Below the pieces are notes generated by a model, which did not search any database, had not been told where the DNA came from, and saw only the letters and a list, made by a program, of their open reading frames with translations. 64,000 nt of DNA, taken from a candidate division WOR-3 bacterium (lineage in GTDB: Bacteria > Hydrothermota > Tepidihabitantia > Tepidihabitantales > Tepidihabitantaceae). The position numbers and the translations under genes were made by a program. Every line of letters begins with the position of its first letter. The stretch's first letter is position 1. Shown here piece by piece: positions 36,907-45,321 of the stretch. The DNA lies in the NCBI GenBank assembly GCA_965648905.1, contig CBFGIT010000004.1, forward strand, positions 1-64,000, written 5' to 3'.

Positions 36907-38345
36907 TGCGGATACCATTCAGGTTGTTGACCGCCTGTTTGCTCTGCGGGTCGTTCCTACTCAGCTCTCCCGGCCGCGCGCAGGATACTGTCTGGACCCG
37001 GCGATTTGACACCGGCCAGTATGACTACGCCTCGGGCGGGGCCAGAGACGGCAGTGGCGAACTGACAGTGACCGGATGGAGTTCAGACCAACCCATCACT
37101 TGGGGAGCCATGGCCCTGACCGTGAAGTACGGCCCTGACGGCGATACCGTCTGGTCCCGAGTCTATGACAGCGATTACGATGACGTGCCTGAAGGGGTTG
37201 CCGTTGACGCTGAGGGCAACGTTGTGGTTGTTGGATGGTTCTGCGCCGACGGGTTCACAGGCTCGGAGGTGCTGAAGTACGACCCCAACGGCGGGCTTCT
37301 GTGGGCGCGGCTCGATTCATCCGACGCGAACCCCGAGCTGGCCGGAGTTGTCGTCGACGACTCGATGAACATCATCGCCTGCGGTATGGCTGAACTGCAC
37401 TTGCATGATGTCCTGTTGGTGAAGTACTCGCCGAGCGGCGAGTCGCTATGGGCCAGGACCTTTGACTTCGGCGGGCGGCCCCACCAGGAGTTCATTGTCG
37501 TGAAGCTCGACCACACCGGCAACATCGTCTGCGCCGGTGTTGCCGGGGACTACTCCAGCCACGACGTGCTGACGGCGAAATTCGGCCCTGGCGGCGAGTT
37601 CATCTGGTCGAGCCGGCTCGACTTCGGCGCGGACGAAACTGGGGGCTCTGTAGCAATCGATGCCGCCAACAACATTATTGTCGCCGGAAGCGCAGGCCAG
37701 CCTGACGGCTCACGGGCCGGTCTGGCAGTGAAGTACACCCCGGGTGGAGACACGGTTTGGTCAAGGCTCTACCGGCTGGATGACGTTGTCTGGCTGGGTG
37801 GCCTGGCGCTTGACCGTGCCGGCAACATCCTGATGACGGGAACGACGGTTGACACGGGCTCAGGGCAGCGGAGGTACAGGTGTCTGGTGATGATGTGCGA
37901 CTCAATGGGAGACACAGTCTGGACATGGCGTTACGACCCGGGGAGCAACACGTTTGGATGCAACCTAGCGCTTGATGACTCCGGGCATATCTACGTCTTC
38001 GGACGTGCCACAGATGCGGACGACGACTATCTGCTCGTAAAGCTGCGGTATGAGTCCGGCATTCAGGACCGAGCGGCAGCACACTGGCCGGGCGGGTCGT
38101 CGATATGCCTGGGGTCGAGCGTCGTACGCCGCGGTAGTCTGCTTCGGCTGCGGCTCCCCGGAGATGGTCAGCACGAAGTCGCCTTGTTTGATGCGCTTGG
38201 GCAGAAAGCCCGGCTGGCTCGCTCCACTCGGGCCGGCCCGGGAATGCTTGACTTCGGTCTTGGGCAACTCCGGGCCGGGGTGTACGTGCTGAGAGTCACG
38301 ACTGGGGGGCGGACCGAGTCGCAGCGGCTGGTTCTTGTCGAGTGA
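36906..38345 (+). CDS. Secreted beta-propeller repeat (SBBP-like) protein with T9SS-like C-terminal domain
   Basis: Signal peptide; repeated VKYxxxGxxxWxR / vavDxxGNi units; C-terminal LRAGVYVLRV...QRLVLVE. Confidence 0.82.
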   Translation: MRIPFRLLTACLLCGSFLLSSPGRAQDTVWTRRFDTGQYDYASGGARDGSGELTVTGWSSDQPITWGAMALTVKYGPDGDTVWSRVYDSDYDDVPEGVAVDAEGNVVVVGWFCADGFTGSEVLKYDPNGGLLWARLDSSDANPELAGVVVDDSMNIIACGMAELHLHDVLLVKYSPSGESLWARTFDFGGRPHQEFIVVKLDHTGNIVCAGVAGDYSSHDVLTAKFGPGGEFIWSSRLDFGADETGGSVAIDAANNIIVAGSAGQPDGSRAGLAVKYTPGGDTVWSRLYRLDDVVWLGGLALDRAGNILMTGTTVDTGSGQRRYRCLVMMCDSMGDTVWTWRYDPGSNTFGCNLALDDSGHIYVFGRATDADDDYLLVKLRYESGIQDRAAAHWPGGSSICLGSSVVRRGSLLRLRLPGDGQHEVALFDALGQKARLARSTRAGPGMLDFGLGQLRAGVYVLRVTTGGRTESQRLVLVE

Positions 38346-38356
38346 CGGACGGTCAC

Positions 38357-38378
38357 GCGGACAAAGTCAAGCCCGGCC
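38357..38378 (+). repeat. 22-bp direct repeat, copy 2
   Basis: GCGGACAAAGTCAAGCCCGGCC, 11 nt after the stop codon at 38345. Confidence 0.95.
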
Positions 38379-39163
38379 CGCATTACCGAACCCGAGACCG
38401 AACCGCCAGGAATCCCGCCGCGCAGCAGGGCGCCACTACCAGCGGACGGCGCCAAGACATCGAACCGCAGCTCATTGTAATGAGTTGATGTTGTCAACAG
38501 GTTCTCCGGCAGGCTCCCAGATGCGCGGGGCGCGAATCGGAACGTCGTCAGCGAACGGAACAGGCACCGGCTTGGCTTGACGCCTTAGTAAATAGGTAAC
38601 GTCCCTATTTGTCAAAGCAGACGCGCGAGCGCGTGAGCTGCTCGGGTGCGGGACCGGGGCGAAAAGCAGGCAGCAGCCTTGTAGTATCGGCTGGCAGAAT
38701 CACCATATCTTGTGCGGGCGCTGGTGCGCCTGAAGGCAGGGTCGAGCCTGGTCTTAGGCGGGCCGGGTGTCCTAAGTCACTTATCTGCATGGCTTAGACC
38801 TTCAGTTCGGCTTGGGCGTCTGCGTTCAGGCCTGCTTCGGGGGGCGAGTGGGGGAGTGGCTCCCCCCTCCAGTGGTGTGGGCACTTTGGGCGGTGTTGCC
38901 GAGGCCACGGCTGTGTCCAGAATCGCGAGCGGGTGCGACGGCGTTGGGCGCGGCAGGGTTGCTTGCGCGCAGCGTTACGGTTGGCCTTGCAGAGCGCCCG
39001 ACACGGAAGGTTGCAGCCGAGGGCGCGAGGCCGAAAGCAGACTGCTCTGCGTGCTGGTCAGCACGCCTGAGTGCGCTCTCGACTGCGCTGGGCGCAATGC
39101 AGCGGCTCAGGCCCGGCGCAGAGACTTGACAGTTGGCCGGTGCAGGCTACATTGATAGGTACT

Positions 39164-40531
39164 ATGCGACAAGCGCTTCTGACTCTTGCGGTCTGGGCCC
39201 TGGCCTACGGGCAGACGGTGGAGACACCGGTCAGCTTTGACGCGCAGGGCAGGGTATTCAAGCTCACGCCCGAATTGAACCGGGCAGCGAGCGTGTTCCC
39301 TGAGGTCTCCGATTTCGACCATCTGGAAATCTGGCAGACCGACACCGTGTTCCGGCTTGAGGTCTACCAGCGTGACGGCACGCGCCAGAGCCGCCTGCTC
39401 ACCCAAGCTGACCTTGACGTGGTCCGCCGGCGAATGGAATCAAGGGCAGTGGTCGTTCCGCCGGTGCTCGACCAGGAGGGCCGGGGCCGGTTCCTGTTTG
39501 AGCAACTTCCGATTGCGCTCGGCTGGTATGGCACTTCGGTGGTGATAATCCTGCAGCCGCAGGATGCACGCACCGGGGCCGGAGTATACCTGCTGAGCAG
39601 CGCGGCCGGTTACTTTCTGCCCCTGATGTGGACGTCTCATGTCCGATTGACCAATGCTCAGGCGCACCAAAGCGTGTCGTTCGGCTACCGCGGCATCCTC
39701 GGCGGCTTCCTGCTGAGCGATGTGTTTCAGGTGCACGGCGGTGACGATGGGCCAAGGTGGAATGCCATCTTCATGCTTGGCACGAGCGTCGCAGGCCAGT
39801 TCACCGGCCGGGCACTGGCTGACAAGCTGACGCTGGGCCAGTCCACGCTGGTAACGAACTACACCGACTTGGGCACGTTGGGCGGCGCACTGACCGGGCT
39901 GATAGTCACTTGGACCGCCTTCCGGGATGACTTCAACTCGACGCCGCTTTCCGCGCTCACGCTGCTCGGTATGGCGGGCGGGGTCATTGCCGGCAATCGC
40001 CGCGCCCAACACTGGAACTGCACTGAGGGTCAGGTTATCGCTGACCGTGCTGGCGGCCTGGTTGGCGCACTCGTGCTGCCGGCACTCTACTATGCCGCGA
40101 CCGGTGCACAACTGCTGCACCGTGACGGTGACGGGGCAGACCTGGAGGTGCTCTCGGCCCTGGCAATCGGCGGTGCAGTGGCCGGAACGTGGTGGACCGA
40201 GTCCCGACTCCGCGAACTGCCGCTCAGCACGAGCAGCGGCTATATTGTCGCGGGCACGGCGGTCGGCGGCGGGCTTGTCGGCGCCGGGTTGGGCTTTGTC
40301 CTGAATACCAGCGAACCTGAGCGACGCTGGGTTGCCGCGACCACGGCCGCAGGTGGTCTGGCCGGATTCTTGGGCGGGCTGAGACTGGTGCAGGGCCTGG
40401 AGCCAGCGGCCCGGACCGACCGTGCCCGGTTCAGGCTTGAGCTGAACCACGGCGCACTGCTGGGCGCAGTTGCGGAGTACGCCAGCCGGCGGTCTTTCCG
40501 AGCGCCGGGCCTTGTGACACTCAGCTTCTAA
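39164..40531 (+). CDS. Hypothetical exported/membrane protein with Gly-rich helices and C-terminal Phe
   Basis: TTGACA-N16-TACATT 10 nt before ATG 39164; signal peptide MRQALLTLAVWALAYG; many GxxxG helices; ends PGLVTLSF. Confidence 0.75.
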   Translation: MRQALLTLAVWALAYGQTVETPVSFDAQGRVFKLTPELNRAASVFPEVSDFDHLEIWQTDTVFRLEVYQRDGTRQSRLLTQADLDVVRRRMESRAVVVPPVLDQEGRGRFLFEQLPIALGWYGTSVVIILQPQDARTGAGVYLLSSAAGYFLPLMWTSHVRLTNAQAHQSVSFGYRGILGGFLLSDVFQVHGGDDGPRWNAIFMLGTSVAGQFTGRALADKLTLGQSTLVTNYTDLGTLGGALTGLIVTWTAFRDDFNSTPLSALTLLGMAGGVIAGNRRAQHWNCTEGQVIADRAGGLVGALVLPALYYAATGAQLLHRDGDGADLEVLSALAIGGAVAGTWWTESRLRELPLSTSSGYIVAGTAVGGGLVGAGLGFVLNTSEPERRWVAATTAAGGLAGFLGGLRLVQGLEPAARTDRARFRLELNHGALLGAVAEYASRRSFRAPGLVTLSF

Positions 40532-40561
40532 CAGCCGCAGTCCGGCACGGGCTCCGACTTT

Positions 40562-41890
40562 CTACAGTATCGGCAGGTAGCGCCTGATTTCGTACTCGGT
40601 GACCTGGGACTTGTATTCGTCCCACTCGAGTTTCTTGTTGCGGATGAAGTGCTCGAACAGCTCGTCGCCCAGGGTCTCACGCACAAACCGGCTCGACTCG
40701 GCCTGGCGCACGGCATCGTGGAGGTCCAGGGGCAACGAAGTGATACCTGCGGCTTTGCGCTCTTCCGGGGTCATACGGAAGATGTTGTCCGATGTCGGCG
40801 GCCCGAGTTTGAGCTTCTGTTCGATACCCGAAAGCCCGGCGGCGAAGAGACAGGCAAAGGCCAGGTAGGGGTTGCAGGCCGGGTCGGGTGAGCGGTACTC
40901 GGCGCGGCAGGCGTTGGGCCGTCGCTCATCAAACGCGGGCACGCGCACCAGCGCTGACCGGTTCATCTGCGCCCAGGAGACGTAGACCGGCGCTTCGAAA
41001 CCGGGCACGAGGCGCTTGTATGAGTTGACCCACTGATTTGTGACCGCGGTGATTTCGGTGGCACAGCGGAGCAGGCCGGCAATGAACTGCCGGGCAACGT
41101 CGGAAAGGTTCAACGGCTTGCGCGCGTCGAAGAAGGCGTTCCGGCCGTTCCTGAACAGCGACAGATGGACGTGCATGCCTGAGCCGTTGATGCCGAGAAC
41201 CGGCTTGGGCATGAAGCTGACGTGGACGTTGTTGGCCTGGGCCACCTGCTTGGCCACGAAGCGGGCAGTGATGACGTTGTCGGCCATGGTCAGGGCATCA
41301 CAGTAACGCAGGTCGACTTCGTGCTGGCTCTTGGAGACCTCGTGGTGGCCGTACTCGACCGGGACACCCAGGGCTTCAAGCGCATTGATAGTGTCGTGCC
41401 GGACCCGCTCGGCAATCGCGACCGGCGTGATGTCGAAGTAGCCGGAATGGTCTAGGAACTCGGGCTCGGATGAGCTCCTGAAGTAGAAGCACTCAAGCTC
41501 ACAGCCGGCATGGGGCGTGAAACCCAACTTCCGGCAGCGTTCGACCACCCGGCGCAGGACGTGGCGCGGGTCAGAGCCGACCGGTTTGCCCGCGGGCGTC
41601 ATCACGTCGCCGAACATGCGGCCGGCCCGCTCGCCCTGCACTTCCCAGGGCAGGACCGCGAAGGTTGCCGGGTCGGGTCGCACCGTCATATCCGACTCCT
41701 CGACGCGGGCAAAACCTTCAATCGACGAGCCGTCGAATGCCATGCCGTGTTCGAGTGCATGGGCAAGCTGGGTCACCGGGATGGTGACACCCTTGAGGAA
41801 TCCGAGCACGTCGGTGAACCAGAGCTGGACAAACCGGACGTTCTGCTTCTCGACCTGCTTTACGACACTGACGGCACGGTTGGCTTTCAT
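40562..41890 (-). CDS. glnA: Glutamine synthetase type I
   Basis: FDGSSIEG, HHEV, FMPKP, NGSGMHVH, NSYKRLVPGFEAP, NRSALVRVP, EYRSPDP. Confidence 0.97.
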   Translation of the reverse strand: MKANRAVSVVKQVEKQNVRFVQLWFTDVLGFLKGVTIPVTQLAHALEHGMAFDGSSIEGFARVEESDMTVRPDPATFAVLPWEVQGERAGRMFGDVMTPAGKPVGSDPRHVLRRVVERCRKLGFTPHAGCELECFYFRSSSEPEFLDHSGYFDITPVAIAERVRHDTINALEALGVPVEYGHHEVSKSQHEVDLRYCDALTMADNVITARFVAKQVAQANNVHVSFMPKPVLGINGSGMHVHLSLFRNGRNAFFDARKPLNLSDVARQFIAGLLRCATEITAVTNQWVNSYKRLVPGFEAPVYVSWAQMNRSALVRVPAFDERRPNACRAEYRSPDPACNPYLAFACLFAAGLSGIEQKLKLGPPTSDNIFRMTPEERKAAGITSLPLDLHDAVRQAESSRFVRETLGDELFEHFIRNKKLEWDEYKSQVTEYEIRRYLPIL

Positions 41891-41929
41891 ACTTGCTCCT
41901 GTCTTGGTTGCGCTATCGTTTGGGGCGTG

Positions 41930-42027
41930 ATTCTAGTCGCATTTGCCGCATCCGTCAAACTGCGGGACAGGAGAGTGAGCCTTGACGTCCGAACCGGACT
42001 TGACTTCTTGCCGCAACCGGCTAGTCT
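41930..42027. promoter_or_regulatory. Divergent promoters of glnA and asnA
   Basis: Minus TTGACG-N17-TAGAAT (41958-41930); plus TTGACT-N16-TAGTCT (42000-42027). Confidence 0.65.
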
Positions 42028-42151
42028 TATCGCCCGGCTCAGTGAAAGTCACTCTGATGTTTCCGAACAACGGAGTCCGAGTCGGCTCGACTCAGGCTCC
42101 ATAACCCCTGTTTCAGCAACACCTTAGGTCATTGGCAAAGGAGCTAGAAGA

Positions 42152-43411
42152 ATGCCAACGAAGAAGAAGACGGCCAAGAAGGTCGTCAAGAAGACTGTGA
42201 AGAAACCGGTCGGCAGGAAGGTTGCGAAGAAGCTCGCCCCGCCAGCCAAGAAGAAGGCGAGTTTCATGCCCAAGCCGGGAAAGGTCGGCAAAGCCGCCGA
42301 CCTGGCCGGGCCGGGCATCTCGACCTACGAGGCGGTTGACAAGATTCTGCCGGTCGACTACCGGCCCATCCTTGACAACAAGGAGACCCAGCGGGCGCTC
42401 TACGCGGTCAAACGCTATGTCGAGGACGGACTCGCAGAAGAACTGAACCTTCAGATGGTCCAGGTGCCGCTCATCGTTGAGAAAGAAAGCGGCATGAACG
42501 ACAATCTGGACCGAGACGGCTCGCGCACGCCGATTGACTTCCCGTGCGGACTCGGCATCAGCCCGCGGATCAATGCTCAGATCGTGCAGGCCGCGACCAA
42601 GTGGAAGCGGTGGGCGTTGAAGCAGTACGGCTGCAACGTGGGCGAGGGCATCAACACCGACATGCGTGCCGTGCGCAAGGACTACTTCCTGGACCACGAC
42701 CACTCCTCCTACGTGGACCAGTGGGACTGGGAGCGGGTCATCACCGCCCAGGACCGCAACCTTGAGTTCCTGAAGATGATCGTCCGCAAGATCTGGAAGG
42801 TCATCACCGGGGCCGAGGACTTTGTGCAGCAGATGTACCCGCAGCTTCGGGACCCGCGCTACCCGAACCTGCCCAAGGAACTGACCTTCATCCACGCCGA
42901 GGAAATCCTCGAGCGGTACCCGGACCTGCCGCGCAAGCAGCGCGAGACGAGAATCCTGAACGACTACTCGCCCGCGGTGTTCATCATCGGCATCGGCTGG
43001 GTCTTGAAAGACGGCTACCCGCACGAGATGCGGGCCGCAGACTACGACGACTGGGTCACCGACACGTCCAAGGAGACCGGCAAGGACACCCACGGGCTGA
43101 ACGGCGACATCCTGGTCTGGAACCACCTGACCAAGCGCCGCCACGAGCTGTCGTCCATGGGCATCCGGGTGACCAAGGAGACGCTCCGGAAGCAGCTTGA
43201 ACTTTCAGGTCAGCTCGACCGGCTGTCGATGCCTTATCACAAGATGATAATGAACGACGAGATACCGCTGTCGATCGGTGGCGGCATCGGTCAGGGCCGG
43301 CTCCAGATGCTCCTGTTGCGCAAGGCGCACTTCGGCGAGGTGACGGTCACGGTGTGGCCCAAGCAGCTCCACGAAGTCTGCGAGAAGCACAACATCTACG
43401 TGCTGAAATAG
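42152..43411 (+). CDS. asnA: Aspartate--ammonia ligase (asparagine synthetase A) with Lys-rich N-terminal extension
   Basis: KWKRWAL, TDMRAVR, HSSYVDQWDWE, RAADYDDW, LNGDI, ELSSMGIRV, SIGGGIGQ. Confidence 0.93.
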   Translation: MPTKKKTAKKVVKKTVKKPVGRKVAKKLAPPAKKKASFMPKPGKVGKAADLAGPGISTYEAVDKILPVDYRPILDNKETQRALYAVKRYVEDGLAEELNLQMVQVPLIVEKESGMNDNLDRDGSRTPIDFPCGLGISPRINAQIVQAATKWKRWALKQYGCNVGEGINTDMRAVRKDYFLDHDHSSYVDQWDWERVITAQDRNLEFLKMIVRKIWKVITGAEDFVQQMYPQLRDPRYPNLPKELTFIHAEEILERYPDLPRKQRETRILNDYSPAVFIIGIGWVLKDGYPHEMRAADYDDWVTDTSKETGKDTHGLNGDILVWNHLTKRRHELSSMGIRVTKETLRKQLELSGQLDRLSMPYHKMIMNDEIPLSIGGGIGQGRLQMLLLRKAHFGEVTVTVWPKQLHEVCEKHNIYVLK

Positions 43412-43438
43412 CACGGCGTGGCCCAAGTCTCAACTACG

Positions 43439-43461
43439 AGGGGCGGCGTAAGCCGCCCCTT
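43439..43461. terminator. Terminator-like hairpin after asnA
   Basis: AGGGGCGGC-GTAA-GCCGCCCCT: 9-bp stem with GNRA loop and only a short U tail, between convergent genes. Confidence 0.65.
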
Positions 43462-43584
43462 CGGTTCTGCCGGCTCCGGGCAGTCTGCCTTGATTGTCAA
43501 CCACGGCAGCGCCGAGACAGGAGGCCATCGGTGCTGCCCGTTCCACAGAGCCGAGATTGGATCAGCCGCAGCGCCGGCCGCGTG

Positions 43585-43950
43585 TTACGGCTGCTCGTCC
43601 GGCTTGTCTTTCTCCGCTTCGCAGATCATTTCTTCTACCCGGTGCTCCTGCGGCTTGTCGATGGCGAGTCTCTGCACCCGCGCGAACTCAGCCTCGACCA
43701 TGGCGCCGAACTCTTCAATCTGCTCCAGGCAGCGCTTGCCCGACTGGTGGGCAAAGCCGCGCAGGCCGGCAAGCAGCGATTCATAGCTCCGGTCCGAGGT
43801 GTAGCGCGTCAGGACGTAGCGGGCCACGTAGCTGCCGCAGTCCGCACACTTGACGTAGACGCAGGTTGCCTGGCCGGTGCGGACGTAGACCAGGTTGACC
43901 ATCCGCGTACCGTGGCACTGGGGGCAGCATTCCGCCTTGGCGCTTTCCAT
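43585..43950 (-). CDS. Hypothetical zinc-ribbon protein
   Basis: CPQC...CADC pairs; SD GGAGG; follows the transporter gene. Confidence 0.7.
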   Translation of the reverse strand: MESAKAECCPQCHGTRMVNLVYVRTGQATCVYVKCADCGSYVARYVLTRYTSDRSYESLLAGLRGFAHQSGKRCLEQIEEFGAMVEAEFARVQRLAIDKPQEHRVEEMICEAEKDKPDEQP

Positions 43951-43959
43951 TCTTGCCTC

Positions 43960-45321
43960 CTAGAAATAACCGAGCAGTTTCGCTACCGAGAACACGACCG
44001 CAAGTATTGCCGCGGCCGCACCAGCACAGACCAAGGCGCCCGCGGTCGCCATGGTCCGCACCTTGACCAGACCGGACCCGTAGGCGATGGCATTGGGTGG
44101 GGTGGAGATGGGCAGGACCATCGACACCGACACCGCAATCCCGGCAGCCAGGACCAGCGGTGCTGGATGGCTGGCCAGGCCTGCGACCAGGGGCAGAAGC
44201 ATCGCTGCGGCCGAGGTGTTCGATATGAACGTCGTCACCACCATCGCTGCCAGTATCACGAAGACGGTGAGCAGAACTACGTTCGTGCTGCCAAGACGCA
44301 GGGTCGAAAGCAGCCAGTCAGCCAGGCCGCTCGATTTGATCGCCACACCGAGCGACAGGCCGCCGCCCATCAGAATAAGAATGTCCCAGCCGATCCGACC
44401 AAAGTCATCGGTGTCGAGGAAACCGAACCCGGTGAAGACCAGGGCCGGAATCGTCGCGACGACCGCAGCCGGCAACCGGTGCAGTTCGGCGGTAAGCCAG
44501 AGCAGGACCGTGACGACAAACACCGCGATGACCGCCTTCTGCCGGCGGCTCAGCGGCTCGGACCGGGTCGGCGGCAGCGCCACCGCCGTGACCCGGGGCG
44601 GAAACAGCCGGAGCAGGAGCCACCAGATGAAGAAGAAAAGCAGCGCCGTAACCGGCAGCCCGAAGAGCATCCATTTGCTGAACGATATCCGGATACCCTG
44701 CTCGGCCAGCACCCCGATGGCGATGGCATTAGGCGGGCTGCCGATGGGAGTGGCAATGCCGCCAATATTGGCGGCAAACGGGATGCCGAGAATGAGCGCG
44801 GTACGGAACGGCTCATCGTCCGGCAGACGTCTGATAACGGTCAGGGCCATGCCGATAAGCAGGGCCGTGGCCGCAGTGTTGGACATCCACATCGACAGGA
44901 ACGCGGCCACGAACATCATCCCGAGCAGAACCCGGCGCGGCCGGGTGCCGGTGCGCTCAAGGACGAATCCGGCCAGCATCGTGTCGAGCGCGAACTTGCC
45001 CAGGGTCTCGGCGAGCACAAACCCGCCGAGAAAGAGCATGATCACCCGGTCGAAAAAGGGCGCGATGAACACCCCGGCATCAAGCTTCAGCGGCCCGGAA
45101 AGCAGCAGGACCTCAAGGAAGACGACGAGAAAAGAGGTGGAATAGAGCGGAACCGCCTCAGTCACCCAGAGATAGCCGGCAACCGTAACGATGCCCAGGC
45201 AGCGCCGGGCCAGCTCAGGCATACTGGGGAAAGGCGCAAGGTACGCCAGCACCCCGAGCACAAAGGCAGCCGCAAGATGGACGAGCTGGCGTCGGGACGG
45301 GTCAGGGGCAGCGGGTGGCAT
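43960..45321 (-). CDS. SLC13/DASS family sodium-coupled anion symporter
   Basis: WVTEAVP, SMWMSNTA, TPIGSPPNA, FISNT, PISTPPNAI. ATG 45342 lies inside the -10 (TTGACA-N18-TATGCT), so 45321 is preferred. Confidence 0.92.
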   Translation of the reverse strand: MPPAAPDPSRRQLVHLAAAFVLGVLAYLAPFPSMPELARRCLGIVTVAGYLWVTEAVPLYSTSFLVVFLEVLLLSGPLKLDAGVFIAPFFDRVIMLFLGGFVLAETLGKFALDTMLAGFVLERTGTRPRRVLLGMMFVAAFLSMWMSNTAATALLIGMALTVIRRLPDDEPFRTALILGIPFAANIGGIATPIGSPPNAIAIGVLAEQGIRISFSKWMLFGLPVTALLFFFIWWLLLRLFPPRVTAVALPPTRSEPLSRRQKAVIAVFVVTVLLWLTAELHRLPAAVVATIPALVFTGFGFLDTDDFGRIGWDILILMGGGLSLGVAIKSSGLADWLLSTLRLGSTNVVLLTVFVILAAMVVTTFISNTSAAAMLLPLVAGLASHPAPLVLAAGIAVSVSMVLPISTPPNAIAYGSGLVKVRTMATAGALVCAGAAAAILAVVFSVAKLLGYF

